From assembly GCA_012295275.1 (NCBI GenBank), contig CM022665.1:2418001-2482000 (forward strand): 64,000 bases of DNA, read 5' to 3'. Position 1 is the stretch's first letter. The number at the start of each line of letters is the position of its first letter. Position numbers and translations under genes: made by a program. This document shows positions 1-12,900 of the stretch, in pieces. The stretch comes from Chrysomallon squamiferum. Lineage: Eukaryota; Animalia; Mollusca. The notes beneath the pieces were generated by a model, which saw nothing but the letters and a program-made list of their open reading frames with translations, searched no databases and had not been told where the DNA came from.

Positions 1-1859
1 TTAAAATAGAACATAAAAAAAAATAAAAGTTACAAAGATACTGATTATTTTAACTATTACAGGACTGAAATTGTTTTCAGATGAGCAGTCAGTTAAATTT
101 TTATTGATAAGTGGACTTTTTTTAAAAAGTTAAGGTGAAATATTAAAAAATTGCACGACATAGTCCACATGTGTGTGTGTTTTCTTTTTTAATTTTTAAA
201 ATTTCTTTACAATTTTAATTGTTTTATAACAGATTTTTTTATCTTAATATGAAAAAAATTGATTTTACTTCATAGTTTATTTTACCTTTTTCCTAAAACT
301 ATAAACAGCATTAGAAACATTTTTTTAGATATTCTGACAACTCCATCTCTTTATTTGTCAATTAATTATTAACATTTTAAAACTGAACTGGAAATCATTC
401 TGAATAAAAAATAAATACGGAATTTTAGTAAATTTGGATGATAAAAAAAATAAAAAATTGGAAAATCATTTAACCACAAGATACTAAATGATTAACAAAA
501 GATAGTAAATGTTATTTCTACAAAAAAAACTAGTTAATGTAACTTAACTACTAACAGTTAGATGAAAATTTCTTAACTAATTCTTTTTTAAAAGTAAAAT
601 CAAAATGAAATTATCATCAAAAGTTATTACAATATAATTTAAAATTAATTTCTAAAAAATGTTATTATTATTTTTAATGGTTTTAATTATAACAAAAGTG
701 GTTTTAAGTTGAAAAAATACATCTTTGTTGGCATTACAAGCCTAACACATAACTAGAAATCTTTTTGAAAATTATATTTAGAACTCACACTAATTTCATT
801 GTTATGTGAAATGTGACAGTGATACTAAAGATTTTTTTTTTTTTTTTGGATTCATGTAATCCTTTAAGTCACTATTTTAAGGGTCCTCATGTTTTGGGAT
901 TTTTTTAAATTTCTGTTTAAATCATAATTTAACATACTAATTCAGTCTGAAAGAATCATTTGGCTGAAAATGGCAAATAATCTTTATTTATCGTAACATA
1001 CACATAACATTAATTCACATGGTTATTATTATTTTAACATTATTTGTGTATATTTATATTTATTTTAATCTTGTGGTTAATTATTTGTAATGTCATTCTG
1101 AACGAAATATTGAAATCAGTGAATGCTATAACTGATAGTGACAATATTTATCATATTCATGCTTTAATTTGCTGGCTTCATTATAAAAACATAAGTCTGA
1201 AGTTACTAAAGTTGATAATCAAACCTCATTTTTTCTACTTCTATTTTTTATAAAATGTTTTTTTTTTTTTTTTTTTTTTTTTTAATTATTTTATATAAAG
1301 AAGTTTTAGCTATGAATTGTTTTTTTTCAAGTTGAATATATGATTAGATCACAAACATTTGATATTATTGATATTTGATTAAATATCACAGATATTTTAA
1401 TATCAATAACACAGTAGAATGAGTAAATATAAAACTAAGATGCACATTCAGGTTTCATTTATTATGGTCACAACAATTTTATATATATATATATATATCT
1501 TAGGTATTTTTTATTTATTTTTTATTTACATGTTTTATTTACATGTTTTATTTATTAACGTCAGCATTGCACAAGTTTGGAGGCCTGTTGCATAAACAGA
1601 AAAATAAGCCACAACTGAAGTTTAGTTACGTGTTAATTTTGATAGACATTTTGAATATTTTGTTAGCAAGTCACATTAGTCAGTTTTACATTAGTAATTT
1701 ATTGAGATATATTTATAAAAACAAGTAAATTATTTTTTCTTTTTTAATTAGAAATACCACACTTGATATATAACTAAATGATATTATAATCACAAAGTCA
1801 TAATTAATGTATTGCTTAATATTAATTAATTGGTTCAGTTTGCTTCTTCCTACCCATAG

Positions 1860-1923
1860 CGAGTTGTATATTTCTACTAAACAGTGGCTGAACCAGAATC
1901 CAAACACAGACAGCTCTGCTTAA
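1860..1923 (+). CDS. Candidate terminal coding exon of an unidentified upstream gene (phase 2: xELYISTKQWLNQNPNTDSSA*)
   Basis: Pyrimidine-rich acceptor tttgcttcttcctacccatAG ends at 1859; locally raised GC; 20 open codons then TAA (1921-1923). The other two frames stop sooner. Upstream exons are outside the window. Confidence 0.4.
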
Positions 1924-2569
1924 TCAATGTCACTTGTGTCAACGGAAATAATTTTGGTATTTAATATTTTAACTGGTACAAAAAAAAATAAAAAATAAAA
2001 ATTAAAAACTTCATAATGTTTCAACACAACATGCACAGTAAAGCTGATTTTTAAACTTTAGTATTTTATATATTTTTAATTAATTTAAGCAACATGGATA
2101 AATGTTTTAAATTATTGTTATTATTATTATTTATTTTTTTAGTTTGATGTTTGTAAATTTTTAACGTGTATTATATTGTCCTGTATATTTCTAATTTTCA
2201 CATGTATTTTGACAAAACATTCCTGTTGAAGAACAGAGTAACAAAATTTACTTCTGAACTGGAATGTGCTGAACAGTGTGTACTTATTTGTGGTGGTCTT
2301 AAGTGACTTGAAGAATTGATCCTAACACGTTTTTAATTCTGTTTCTAAAAAAAAAAAAAAAAAAAATTCACATTTGGACAACTTCTGCAAAAGGAACGAC
2401 AAAAAATAACAAAAACAAATGTTTGAATTAACGGCTAAAATACATATATATATCTTAATGTGGTTTTTATGACATTGTATTTTATTAATTCTGATAATAG
2501 TAAAACTGATGAAAAAAGATATGATTAAAATGCAGTGATGAAACTGTTTTAAATTTACTGTGCCTTTAT

Positions 2570-2619
<50 letters not shown>

Positions 2620-3800
2620 CTAATTATTTTTAAATGAATCCTGGCATTATGAACTTGTCAACATTAAAACATATATATTATGTGCAGGGAACATTTTGTT
2701 TGATACAACTGTACAGTGATCTCTGAAAATTGCAAAAACTGTTTGTGATGCAATACTGAACAAAATATTTGCTGGTTTTATAGTCAGTAGCCAATTACTT
2801 TAAAACTGGAAACCTTTTTACATAAATAAACATATTAAAACAGTAAAGAAGAAAACTGATAAACATAATGTAACATAAGTGAACAAAATTTAAATTCTTC
2901 TCAGAACCTGACATATCTTTTCCTTGTGCTGGTATTTTTTATTAAGACATTTGAAACATTCAAGAAACTAAAGCTAAAGTATTTAATTTATTTTTCTAAG
3001 ATTATTATTAATAAAAACAAATTAAATGGTAACAGTTAAATTGGCACAATGTTAATTTTATTTTTATTTTTTTTTTTTTAAATCCAAAACCAATATATAA
3101 ATATATATAATTAATTCTTTAAGCCTTCATTGTATACTGTAAGTACTAGTTCTAAATTTTTAAACATACAAAAATCAGTGTAAAAGTTTGGTTGTTGTAT
3201 GCATGTCATAGAAATTATGTAAGTCTTGATCTTGATTATCAGATCTCGTTACATCAGGTAAATCATATTTTATACTGATCCATCAAACTGCTGTATTGTA
3301 TTACGAGATATTGCCTTATTTTACATCCTTGATAATCTTCCAGTGATTATGTAATAATATATACTGACAAACCTTGGAATTAGCTGTCATAATAGAAAAA
3401 AGTGTATATTTTAATTCTTTCGTTTTGTAGCATGGGAGAACAGTCTTACAGTAGATTTTTTGAAAAACTATTCTTGATGCAAAAAGCTAATCCATCGACC
3501 AGAACAGTTGATTGGTTTTTAAATATTTTATATACAGTAACATTAAAAGTTTGTTGTTTATGAAGAATTAATAACATTTTAGCAAATGTTGTTAATTTTA
3601 AGAATAAGTCATATTATGTTTGATTGTTTACATACATATATGTATATATATAATCATACAAATTCTGGGTGATATATATTTAATATTTTAATAAATGTCA
3701 GGTTTTAAGTTTGTGTATGATCTGATGATAAATATGATTATCATTGGGTTTTTTTTTGGGGGGGTATGTTTTTTTAAAATGTTTTGTAATTCAGCTACTG

Positions 3801-3834
<34 letters not shown>

Positions 3835-4366
3835 AAAATTTGTAAACTAGAAATGGCTTAGTTCTTCAGTTTTTGTTCCAATTTACTATATATGTATAAA
3901 ATACTTAATTTTCGTTAAATGCAGAATAAAGATGCAGTTGTGTTCTTTCTTTTAAAAATAATTGGATATAATGTTTATTTTTTGGTTTTAGGTAACTTAA
4001 TCAGGGTGATAGAAAAAAAATAACAGAAAAAGAAATTAAAACTTTTAATTCTTGATCACTGTTATTATCATCATCATCATCTGTTTTTGTTCTTAAAAAA
4101 AAAAAAAATGTTTTTTCAGTCAATAAATTCTTTATTTTATTGTCTTACAAATTTTATGCAAAAATGTTTATATTCAGATTTTTATTTTCTTGTATATTGG
4201 CTTAATTATTGGTTTTCTACTGAATCTTATAAATGACACTAAATATACCTACACCAAAAAATAAATAAATAAAACAATTAAGTAGACACAATAAGTGTTA
4301 GCTAATTGAAAATAATATTGTTTTGCTAGTTACATTTATATATTTTCTGTTTTATTTCATTTCTAG

Positions 4367-4375
4367 CAGGCCAAA
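4367..4375 (+). other. Candidate 6-nt (4370-4375, GCCAAA) or 9-nt (4367-4375, CAGGCCAAA) microexon behind a NAGNAG acceptor
   Basis: tattttctgttttatttcatttcTAGCAG|gccaaa|GTAAGC: long pyrimidine tract, tandem AGs, near-consensus donor; both lengths are multiples of 3. Confidence 0.45.
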
Positions 4376-4709
4376 GTAAGCTTGTTAGTTAAAAGAAACA
4401 CCATCTTTGTCATTCTAACACTGAGAAATGTAACAGTGGGGATTCTAGAAACAATTCCACTTTTTATATATATTGCATTAATATTTATCACAAAATATAA
4501 CACAGAAATGACATGCTTACAGTTTGAGTTTGCATAATTATTGTATAGCTTTTCTTTTTTTTCTTCTCCTTTCTTTTTTTCTTTTTTTAAATTATATTGT
4601 TATTGTTATTATTATTGCTATTATTAATTTATAATTTTAATGTTCTTGTTATTGTATAAATATTATGAACATTATTTTATATAATAATGTAGGATTCTTA
4701 TTTCTTATA

Positions 4710-4712
<3 letters not shown>

Positions 4713-4755
<43 letters not shown>
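4713..4755. repeat. (ATT)n microsatellite
   Basis: Direct reading of tandem tat/att units. Confidence 0.9.
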
Positions 4756-4757
<2 letters not shown>

Positions 4758-6015
4758 TTTTTAAACAAAATTTTCTGTTATTAATTTTTTTAGGCATCAC
4801 TGTCAATAAAGTATAATCATATAATGAAAAGTGAAACTTTTACCTCAGAATATTTTACTGATAAAAAAAAATCTTTGCTATACTCATTGTTGTAAATGTG
4901 TACAAAGATTTATAACATATTTGTGCATTCTTTCTATAGCTTTATATAAATAAGAAAATGCAAAATTTGTGATTGATTGTTAGTAATAACTGATAATGAC
5001 CAAATTATATTCAGTTAATTGTGATGTTTTGTTTTGTGTTCACAAATTGTAAGCATTGATGAAGCAGTAATATGAAAGTGGAAGAAGGTAATTCCCTAAT
5101 ATAAATATACATATATAATGACGTGTTTAATAAATGGTGCTACTTTTGATATAGCATCTAATTGTTTACAAGTCTTTGTTTCATTTATTATCAAATGGTA
5201 CGTTCACACACAATTCATAGCCATACTATTTTAAACAACACAGTATATTGTTTTCATTGTTTTTACTTTAGTTATAAACCAGCATATTATATACACACAC
5301 AAACACACACACTCAACATGCATACATGTTAGCTTATAACTAAATATAAAAAAATGAAATTTATATTACTGGATAATATAAAGCATAAAATATTTTATTT
5401 TATTTTAATTACAAAATAAAACATTCAGTTTTAACATGATTACCTATCTAGTGGTTTATTAAACTTGATTTAAGATGGTTTCATTTATATTATTCCAGAT
5501 TCTTTGAATATTTTTAATTCTTTTCTTTTTTTTCAGTTTTAATTTTCAGTCTATACTATAATGGTCATTCCCATCTGTTGAGTTTTAACCTAAATTTATT
5601 CCAGACATGAAGTTCTGTTAAAACGAAATCTTAATCTGATGACTTTTTGCCATTGTTCAGTTCTTTTACAATTTCAAACCTGAATTATTATTTGGGAGAT
5701 TAATATAACTAAAAACTGGTTATTTATTTTGTATTACTGTATTATTTTAGACTGCAGAAATACAGTATTATGATGCATATCTGTGTGGATGATTTTACTT
5801 TTAAAAATAAATAACTAAAATGTTCTTAAACTATATTAAACTATCCATCAGAATATAAGGTTTTTTGTTTTTCAAATCAGAATGGCATTTTTGAAATTTT
5901 ACTTTTAAGAAAAAAAAAAATATACTAAAACTGTATAAAAATACCTGACAGAAGTTACAATAATTGTTAGCAGAATATAAGTTTTCGTTTTTCAAGTTAG
6001 GATGGTATTTTTTAG

Positions 6016-6106
6016 ATGGAACATTATCCAGGTTTTCAGTTCAACTGCAGATGTAATCTTTCTAAACTGTGAATCACCAGGATTGGCCAACAAGTCAGAA
6101 TTATAA
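6016..6106 (+). CDS. Candidate alternative terminal exon (phase 2: xWNIIQVFSSTADVIFLNCESPGLANKSEL*)
   Basis: tattttttAG acceptor ending 6015 followed by 29 open codons and TAA at 6104-6106 in otherwise stop-rich DNA. The acceptor lies in a short local direct repeat, which weakens the call. Confidence 0.25.
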
Positions 6107-6221
6107 AGTACCTGGACTAATCTTGATGGTTAAATAGAGTTAATTTCATGATCCCAGTCTACAGATATGATGGTATTTATGTTTGGATGATTAATCTACC
6201 ATGTCAGTGAGTTTATCAAGA

Positions 6222-6253
<32 letters not shown>

Positions 6254-6792
6254 GTATATTTAATGTGAAAATTTTAAAAAGAAAAAAATTATTTGTACAA
6301 TGTTTTTGAATGATTTTGTTTTTTCATTTACTTTTATTATTTTTTATTTTTGTTTTTCAATTACTAACAATTTTCGTTTTTCTTTTTTTCTTTTATGTAC
6401 TTATTTATTGTTTTATCTTTTTAAATGTTTTCAGTATTAAATATTTTTTATTTAACCAACAACAATTTAATAATGTAATCATACATTTTTGTAAGCATAA
6501 CAAAGCTGTATTAACAGATAAAAACATGAAAACACTGGCTCCATCAAAGTTGGTGCATTTTGTAAAATGGACAAAAAAACAATTCTAGACAGCTAAATAT
6601 TTTACTATGCATGACATCATTTGTAACTGTTGTGACTATAATTAAGTATTACGTGACATCAGCTGAAAACAAAGTTAATTTTGCATGGTTATTTTGTTTT
6701 GCACACATTTGCATGTTTGTATTTTATTTAAAATTATAATTTGAAGGTTTTTTTTATGTTTTTTTATATTTGTTTTTTATTTTTTTTATTTT

Positions 6793-6826
<34 letters not shown>

Positions 6827-6873
6827 GATGGGGATGGGATTGGTGGGGAATTGTATATTTTGAAATTTTCTAG

Positions 6874-6912
6874 TTTTTGTACCCTGATATGACAAGTAGA
6901 TGAAGCACTGAG
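6874..6912 (+). other. Candidate 39-nt stop-containing cassette exon (phase 2: xFCTLI*; phase 0: FLYPDMTSR*)
   Basis: attttctAG acceptor (6872-6873), strong donor GAG|GTAAGA (6913). TGCATG at 6608, 6682, 6710 upstream and 7199 downstream. Confidence 0.35.
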
Positions 6913-7339
6913 GTAAGACAGAACAATATTTTAATAGCGAACTTGTTACAGTGTCAGTAGCTATAAGCATTCATAAAGTACAGAATGTCAGCTGTAGTTA
7001 ACATATTAAAAACTTTTAGTTTATTTCAAATTATAATATTTATAAATAATAATAATTTAACTGTAATTATACCTGATTAATTAACACATTCCTCTAATAA
7101 ATTTTTAAAAAAAAAAATCAAATTGTTACATTTATCATACATTTTGAGCAATAATTCAGCTTTTATCTAATAAAAAGAATTAATTATTTAACTTCAAGTG
7201 CATGTTTAACTATTTTTAATCATTCAAGACACTTTGTTTTATAGTTTCCAAAAATATATACTAATATTTTTATTATTACTAATTTATTTATTTATTTGTT
7301 TAATATTACTTTATTTATTTTTTGTTTTCTTTTATACAG

Positions 7340-7384
7340 AGTTCTAATAATGGTGTGACATCAGTGGCAAGCATGAAGACTTGA
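7340..7384 (+). CDS. Candidate last exon of the upstream + strand gene (phase 0: SSNNGVTSVASMKT*; phase 2: xVLIMV*), followed by ~2.2 kb 3' UTR-like sequence
   Basis: Strong acceptor ttttgttttcttttatacAG ending 7339; all frames stop within 45 nt; AATAAA at 9530-9535 just before the SF3B2 3' end. Confidence 0.35.
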   Translation, partial: SSNNGVTSVASMKT

Positions 7385-9971
7385 AAAGAATAATTATTGG
7401 AAATCACTGTTTTATGCTTTTAATGTTTGCAGTTCATATTTTCTAAGTGTGTGCATGCAACTTAGTATTTAATGTTTTACTAATCCTAATAGGATGAATA
7501 TTATACATCTGTAATCACAAAATATCTAACTTAAAATGTTGTTAATATTTTACTAATTCTGAAAACATGCATTAGGAAATTACATGAAATATCAAACTAA
7601 AAATTGTTTATATTTTATCCAAATGTGAAGCAGGAAATTTCTATGAAATATCAAAGTAAAATATTAATATTTTATGTAAACATGAATTGAGAATTTCAGT
7701 AAGAAGAAAAAATTATTGCTGATTTTTAAAAAAAATATTTATTATATGGTACTCTGATGTATCAAACTAAATTTATTGTTTTTGTATTATTATATATAAA
7801 CAAGTAAGAACTGGAATATTGTATGACATACTAAGCTACAAGTATTGTTAAAGGCTATTACTTCTGACAATTATTATTCTTGTACTGTTTTTATTTTGAA
7901 GTGAATATTTCACCAACTATATTAATTAAGTATATGAGCATGTAATATATTTGAAATAACAATATCATTTTAAGATATAGTATTAAATCATAAATGTATT
8001 AACTATTTTGTATTGATAATATTGTAAATTTTTCACTAGCTATTTTGTATGCATATTAGGTAAAATACCAGTAGTCTGAATATATGCAAATATCTGTTAT
8101 TAAAATGTTCTGTAAATGTTTAAATAAGCACACAAACAAATTGATGAACAGACAGACAGAAACACACACTTGACAACAAATACTTCAATATTCAGATAAC
8201 GCTCACATCCCCATGTTAAAACACATGTAGGTATACATTCTCATCTGAACTTTCAAGCATAGAAAAAATATTGCAAACCTTGCTAACAATTGTAAAAATT
8301 CAGTACTTTTTTTTTTTTTTTTTTACTGCATCAATGTTTTTAAATTATAATTCATCTTTTAAAATGTTTGTTAAAATTAAATGTTTTACATTTGAGCTAA
8401 AATTCTAAAATTAAGTAAATAAGTGAAATTAAAACCTGATAAAAAAATAAAAATATTACTCTATTTTACCTGATGGTTCCAGTTTTGCATGAAATTGATC
8501 ACCAAATGAAAGACGAGATAATTTAACAAAGAAGGTGTATTACGTATGTAATCTTTTTTTCTACTAATACAGTTACACTGCTTGAATTTATTATGCACTA
8601 CAACTACTTAATTTATAACTTAATTTTGTGTTCTTGTCATCCCAACTAAATAAAAATTAAAAAAATTAAAACAGAATGGAGATGTGCCAGTCACCATACC
8701 CTTTCTGTCTTGCTTTTAATACTGACAATTTAATAAACTGAAATTAAACACAAGTTAAAAAGTTATTTCCTTTGCAGACTGTGTTTGTACAAGCATGTTG
8801 TTAAAATCAAGTAAGATCTGTAACACTAAACAAGTGCCTTATTACTGAATGGTTTTAATGAAGTAGATTTAAAACAAACAGTAAAGTGATGGTAAAGCTA
8901 ATTATAAACAGGAGTAACTGAAATGGTACAATAATTCCAGCAAGAAGTTGGAAATTAACATGGAACAAGTAGTAACATTAATGCTATTTTCACACATTAA
9001 GACCTCACTTGTCACTTGTACTTACAGTTGACATGGTAAAGACATTCCTAGTATCACATGACTAAAATAAATGCCTGTCACTTTGCTAAGGAAATCGTAC
9101 ACAAACATTTCTAAGGTGTATGGTGGTGGGCACATCTCTAGTTGTTTGATTTAAACATCAGTTATTTCACATACTGTTTTGACTTAGGATGCAACATCCA
9201 TCTAAAAATACAGAGATACAGCTAAACAGATGTAATGAAAAATGATTTGATTATTTCTAGTATTTTCAGTGTATTAGGATGCACTTCATTGATACCTATG
9301 GAAAAACACACTGAAGACATTTGGGATATCATACAGACTATATTCTTGAGCAATGATTTAAAATCGTTCTTGTTTATCAAACTTTTGTGTTAATTAGCTG
9401 TTTGAAACATATTTTATTATTTGAAATCCAAAGTTTACTGTTTGTTGTGGCCTGAATTTTATTTAGTTTATGGAACTGTTTTATTAGTTGCTAGTTTTTT
9501 GTAACACTGTAGTGTATTATCTGTTATGGAATAAAATAACTGAAATTTTTTTTTTTTATCTGTTCTTTTAATACTGTACACTTTAGTACAAGTTGATGGA
9601 GGTTTTTTAATATTTTCTCTTGTGATCAAAATGAACAGTTTCTAACATGGCTCACACAATGTTTATTTTACTAGTCAGCTACCTGAGATTATAATAATTT
9701 CATAACAAATACATTTTCTATCTATGTATATTAACATAATATTGACTTCTGGGGTGTTTAAAAAAAAAAAAAAAAAAGAATAAACAAAATTAACCACTTT
9801 TACAATGTTTAATTTCCAAAATGACAAAGAAAAAAAAAAAAAACATTTCCAACATGGAAAACATAACAATTGAAATTTTGAAAAGTGTTCTTGATTGTAC
9901 TGATGTACAAATATTTGTTTCAAACTGCACCTACAGGAACATAAAAAAAATTGTAAAACAATTTGGAAAAA

Positions 9972-12900
9972 TTAAAATTTGAATTCCTTGTATTTCTTTG
10001 CTGATTTTCCACTGTCCTGCTGCTGTTTCTTTCTTTTCTGTAAAAATAAAGATGAAACAAATGTTACTTATTTTAGCATTTTTTTAAATATCCCACAAAA
10101 CATGATGAACCTGCATGTCAAAACAAGGCTAAAATTTCAGCAGACTTAAGAAATAATCTAAAGAATACTAGGATGTCTGTGAATTCAAATCTTAAAAGTT
10201 CATTCTTTTAATATCTTGCAGAGTTCATGCAGCACATATATTTAAAAAGAATTTTAAATTCATAAATAACATGTTTAAATTTAATCTACCAAGTGACCAC
10301 TGCTAATGGTAACAGAGATATTTAAGAAACACAAAGCTGTTATTAAGGTAATAAATTACAAACCTTCTGCTTTGCTGCGTGTTCTGCAACCATGTCACTG
10401 AGATCCTCTTTCTCCAGCTGTGACTGCTGTTCTCTCACTGTCTGTTCGTACTTGGCCTGCATGGCTGCAGTGTCGAGGTCAAGCTCTTCAGGGTTCAAGG
10501 ACACCTCGACAGCCTCTGCTGGCACCTTCTCTGCAGCCTTCTTTGCTGCTGGAACCTACAAAACATATTTGTTCATTAAGAAACTGAAATCAGTACCTCA
10601 GTGTTTTATAAATCCTGTTTGAAACACAAAATCACATTTATACTTCTCTTTAAAGTTAAAAGCATACAAAAAAAAAAAAACCACTAAAAATTGAAGGTTA
10701 AGTTCAGAATCTGAAAACAAAGGATACATTTCCATTAGCTAAATCTTTTGTAAAGACCTTTATCTGGAGTTCAAAAAAAAAATATCACAGCATATCAATA
10801 ATTCTGAATTCCTCACTTTATATCTGTTTTATCTCTCTAGGCAAGTATACTGTTCTTGAGTTGCTATTGTTTTTATGTGCTACTTACAGCTCCTAAGTCA
10901 TACACGTGAGCTGATCCCATCATAGCACCACCCACTGCAGCCTTCTTCTCTGGCAGAACAGTGAAAAGAGCAGGAGTGTCTCCTCCTTGGTCCATGGCAT
11001 CTTCTATTCTCCTCTTTCTCAACTCTATCATTTCTGGAGTTTCAACTCCAATAGGAACTGAAGTCAAACCACTCGGTGTCTCCAGTCTACAATGATATAA
11101 TAATTAATTTCTAAAAATCTTCAATTAAATTAACAGAGGATATATTATTTTTAAAAAGAAATAAAATAATGTTTACAAAAATGAAATCTTCAGAGAAACA
11201 GAGAACAGAAATAAAACAATTAATTAAAAACAGAAATAAAACAATTAATATTAAACCACAAATCTTCAGTTTTCTCACAAAAACTAAAATTTTAAAATAA
11301 TAACTGTTACTTTGTTAGGAGAAAAAGTGTATCGGTTATTTTTGATGTTTTTTTTTTTTTTTTTTTTTTTTTCAAATAATTTTCTTTCTTACTGAAACAC
11401 TGGATTACAAAGTTCTGATCATGGTGAAGTTTTGCGCTGTTTGTTAAAGTGAAATATTTACCCTTCAGCTGGTGTGACGAGTCCAGTGTCGTCTTCTTCC
11501 TCAGATGATTCTTCAGACTCTTCTTCCGACTCTGACTCTGATTCAAGCTCTCCCCACTGAGTTTTATCTATTTCTTCTTCTTCTACTGGAGTCTGATTTA
11601 AACATTATTATTTGTACACAGACACATTTTAAAATTACATTAAAAACAAAATAAATAAGGACAAACTGAAGAAGCCCTTTGGTAAAGTGCAGTTTCATCA
11701 TTATAAATTGTCAGTTACATGTTTTAGAATCAAAATTATTCTGCAAATTTTTCACATTTATGTCATCAACTTTTGGTAAAAAAAAAAAAAATAATCATTC
11801 TATTTGCTGCTATTGGCAGTTGAAAATAATTATGAACAGGATGACAGTGTTAATTTTCACGCATCTTGTTATGTTACAAAATGAAAAACAATACACAGGA
11901 TGTAAATAACTTACTGCAAAGTCTCCACCCTGGGTTCCGAACACATCACCATACAGTGGTTTCCCATGTTCATCTACTGGAGGTTTGCCCCAACCTCCTG
12001 CATGGTAACCAAAAGAACAAGCCTGAAAAATTCAAAACAAAGACAGTATTTACCAAACATTTACTAATATTCACAATTATTGTTCTGATACAGTAAGGTA
12101 ACATTTGGAATTAATAATATTTACAATTCTAGAAAATGTTTTTAAAATTTAAAAACTATACTGAAGATTTTGATATTTTGTGTCCCCACCTCTTCATTAA
12201 ACAAACAAATAAAAAAAACAGTTTATGAGATCAAACCAGATTTAGTCAGATGTGTGAAAACAAAGGTCTTAATAAATTTGTTTTTAAAAAAAAAATATAC
12301 AATTTGAAAAGTTCTGAAGAGAAAAACAAAATATTAAAATTCACCTCTGGAATTGGGGCATTAAGACCTGGAACTTTCAAGTTTGGGTAAGATGGAGGAG
12401 GTCCGTATCTCTGCATGGCAATCAACCAAGGTGGTGGAACTTTTTCAGCAGCCTGAAAAATAATTAAAATATTTAAATTTAAATTTTGTGCGATATATTA
12501 TCTGGAATATTTTACTGCATTAACAGCTTCTTTTATTTAATTAATTCATAATAATTCAAAAACTGAACTTTAAATAAACTAATTTTAAAAATATGATATT
12601 TTACTGCATTTATGATGTTTTTTTAACTTAATTAATTCATAATAAACCAAATTCTGTTTCAGTAAACTGTATAGTAAAAAGTGTCTTTATAAATTATTTT
12701 TGTTAATCATTTTTTTTTTTTTAATTAATTAAATCAACTATGAAGGAAAAGCCTGTTCAGTAATATCCAAATATAAATTATACTGATTACTTTTCTTTTT
12801 TAGATATCAACATTCAATCAGTTATATTTTAAAACAGTGTTTGTGAAAACTTTCTTACCTGACCAATGGGCATGCCAAGTGCTATTCTCAAGTCATCAGT

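Noticed and set aside
1044-9923. ORF-track entries of 60-92 aa in the first 10 kb (1044, 1543, 1713, 6310, 9675)
   Set aside because: F/I/L/Y/K-rich translations expected from AT-rich non-coding DNA; no motifs or supporting splice structure.
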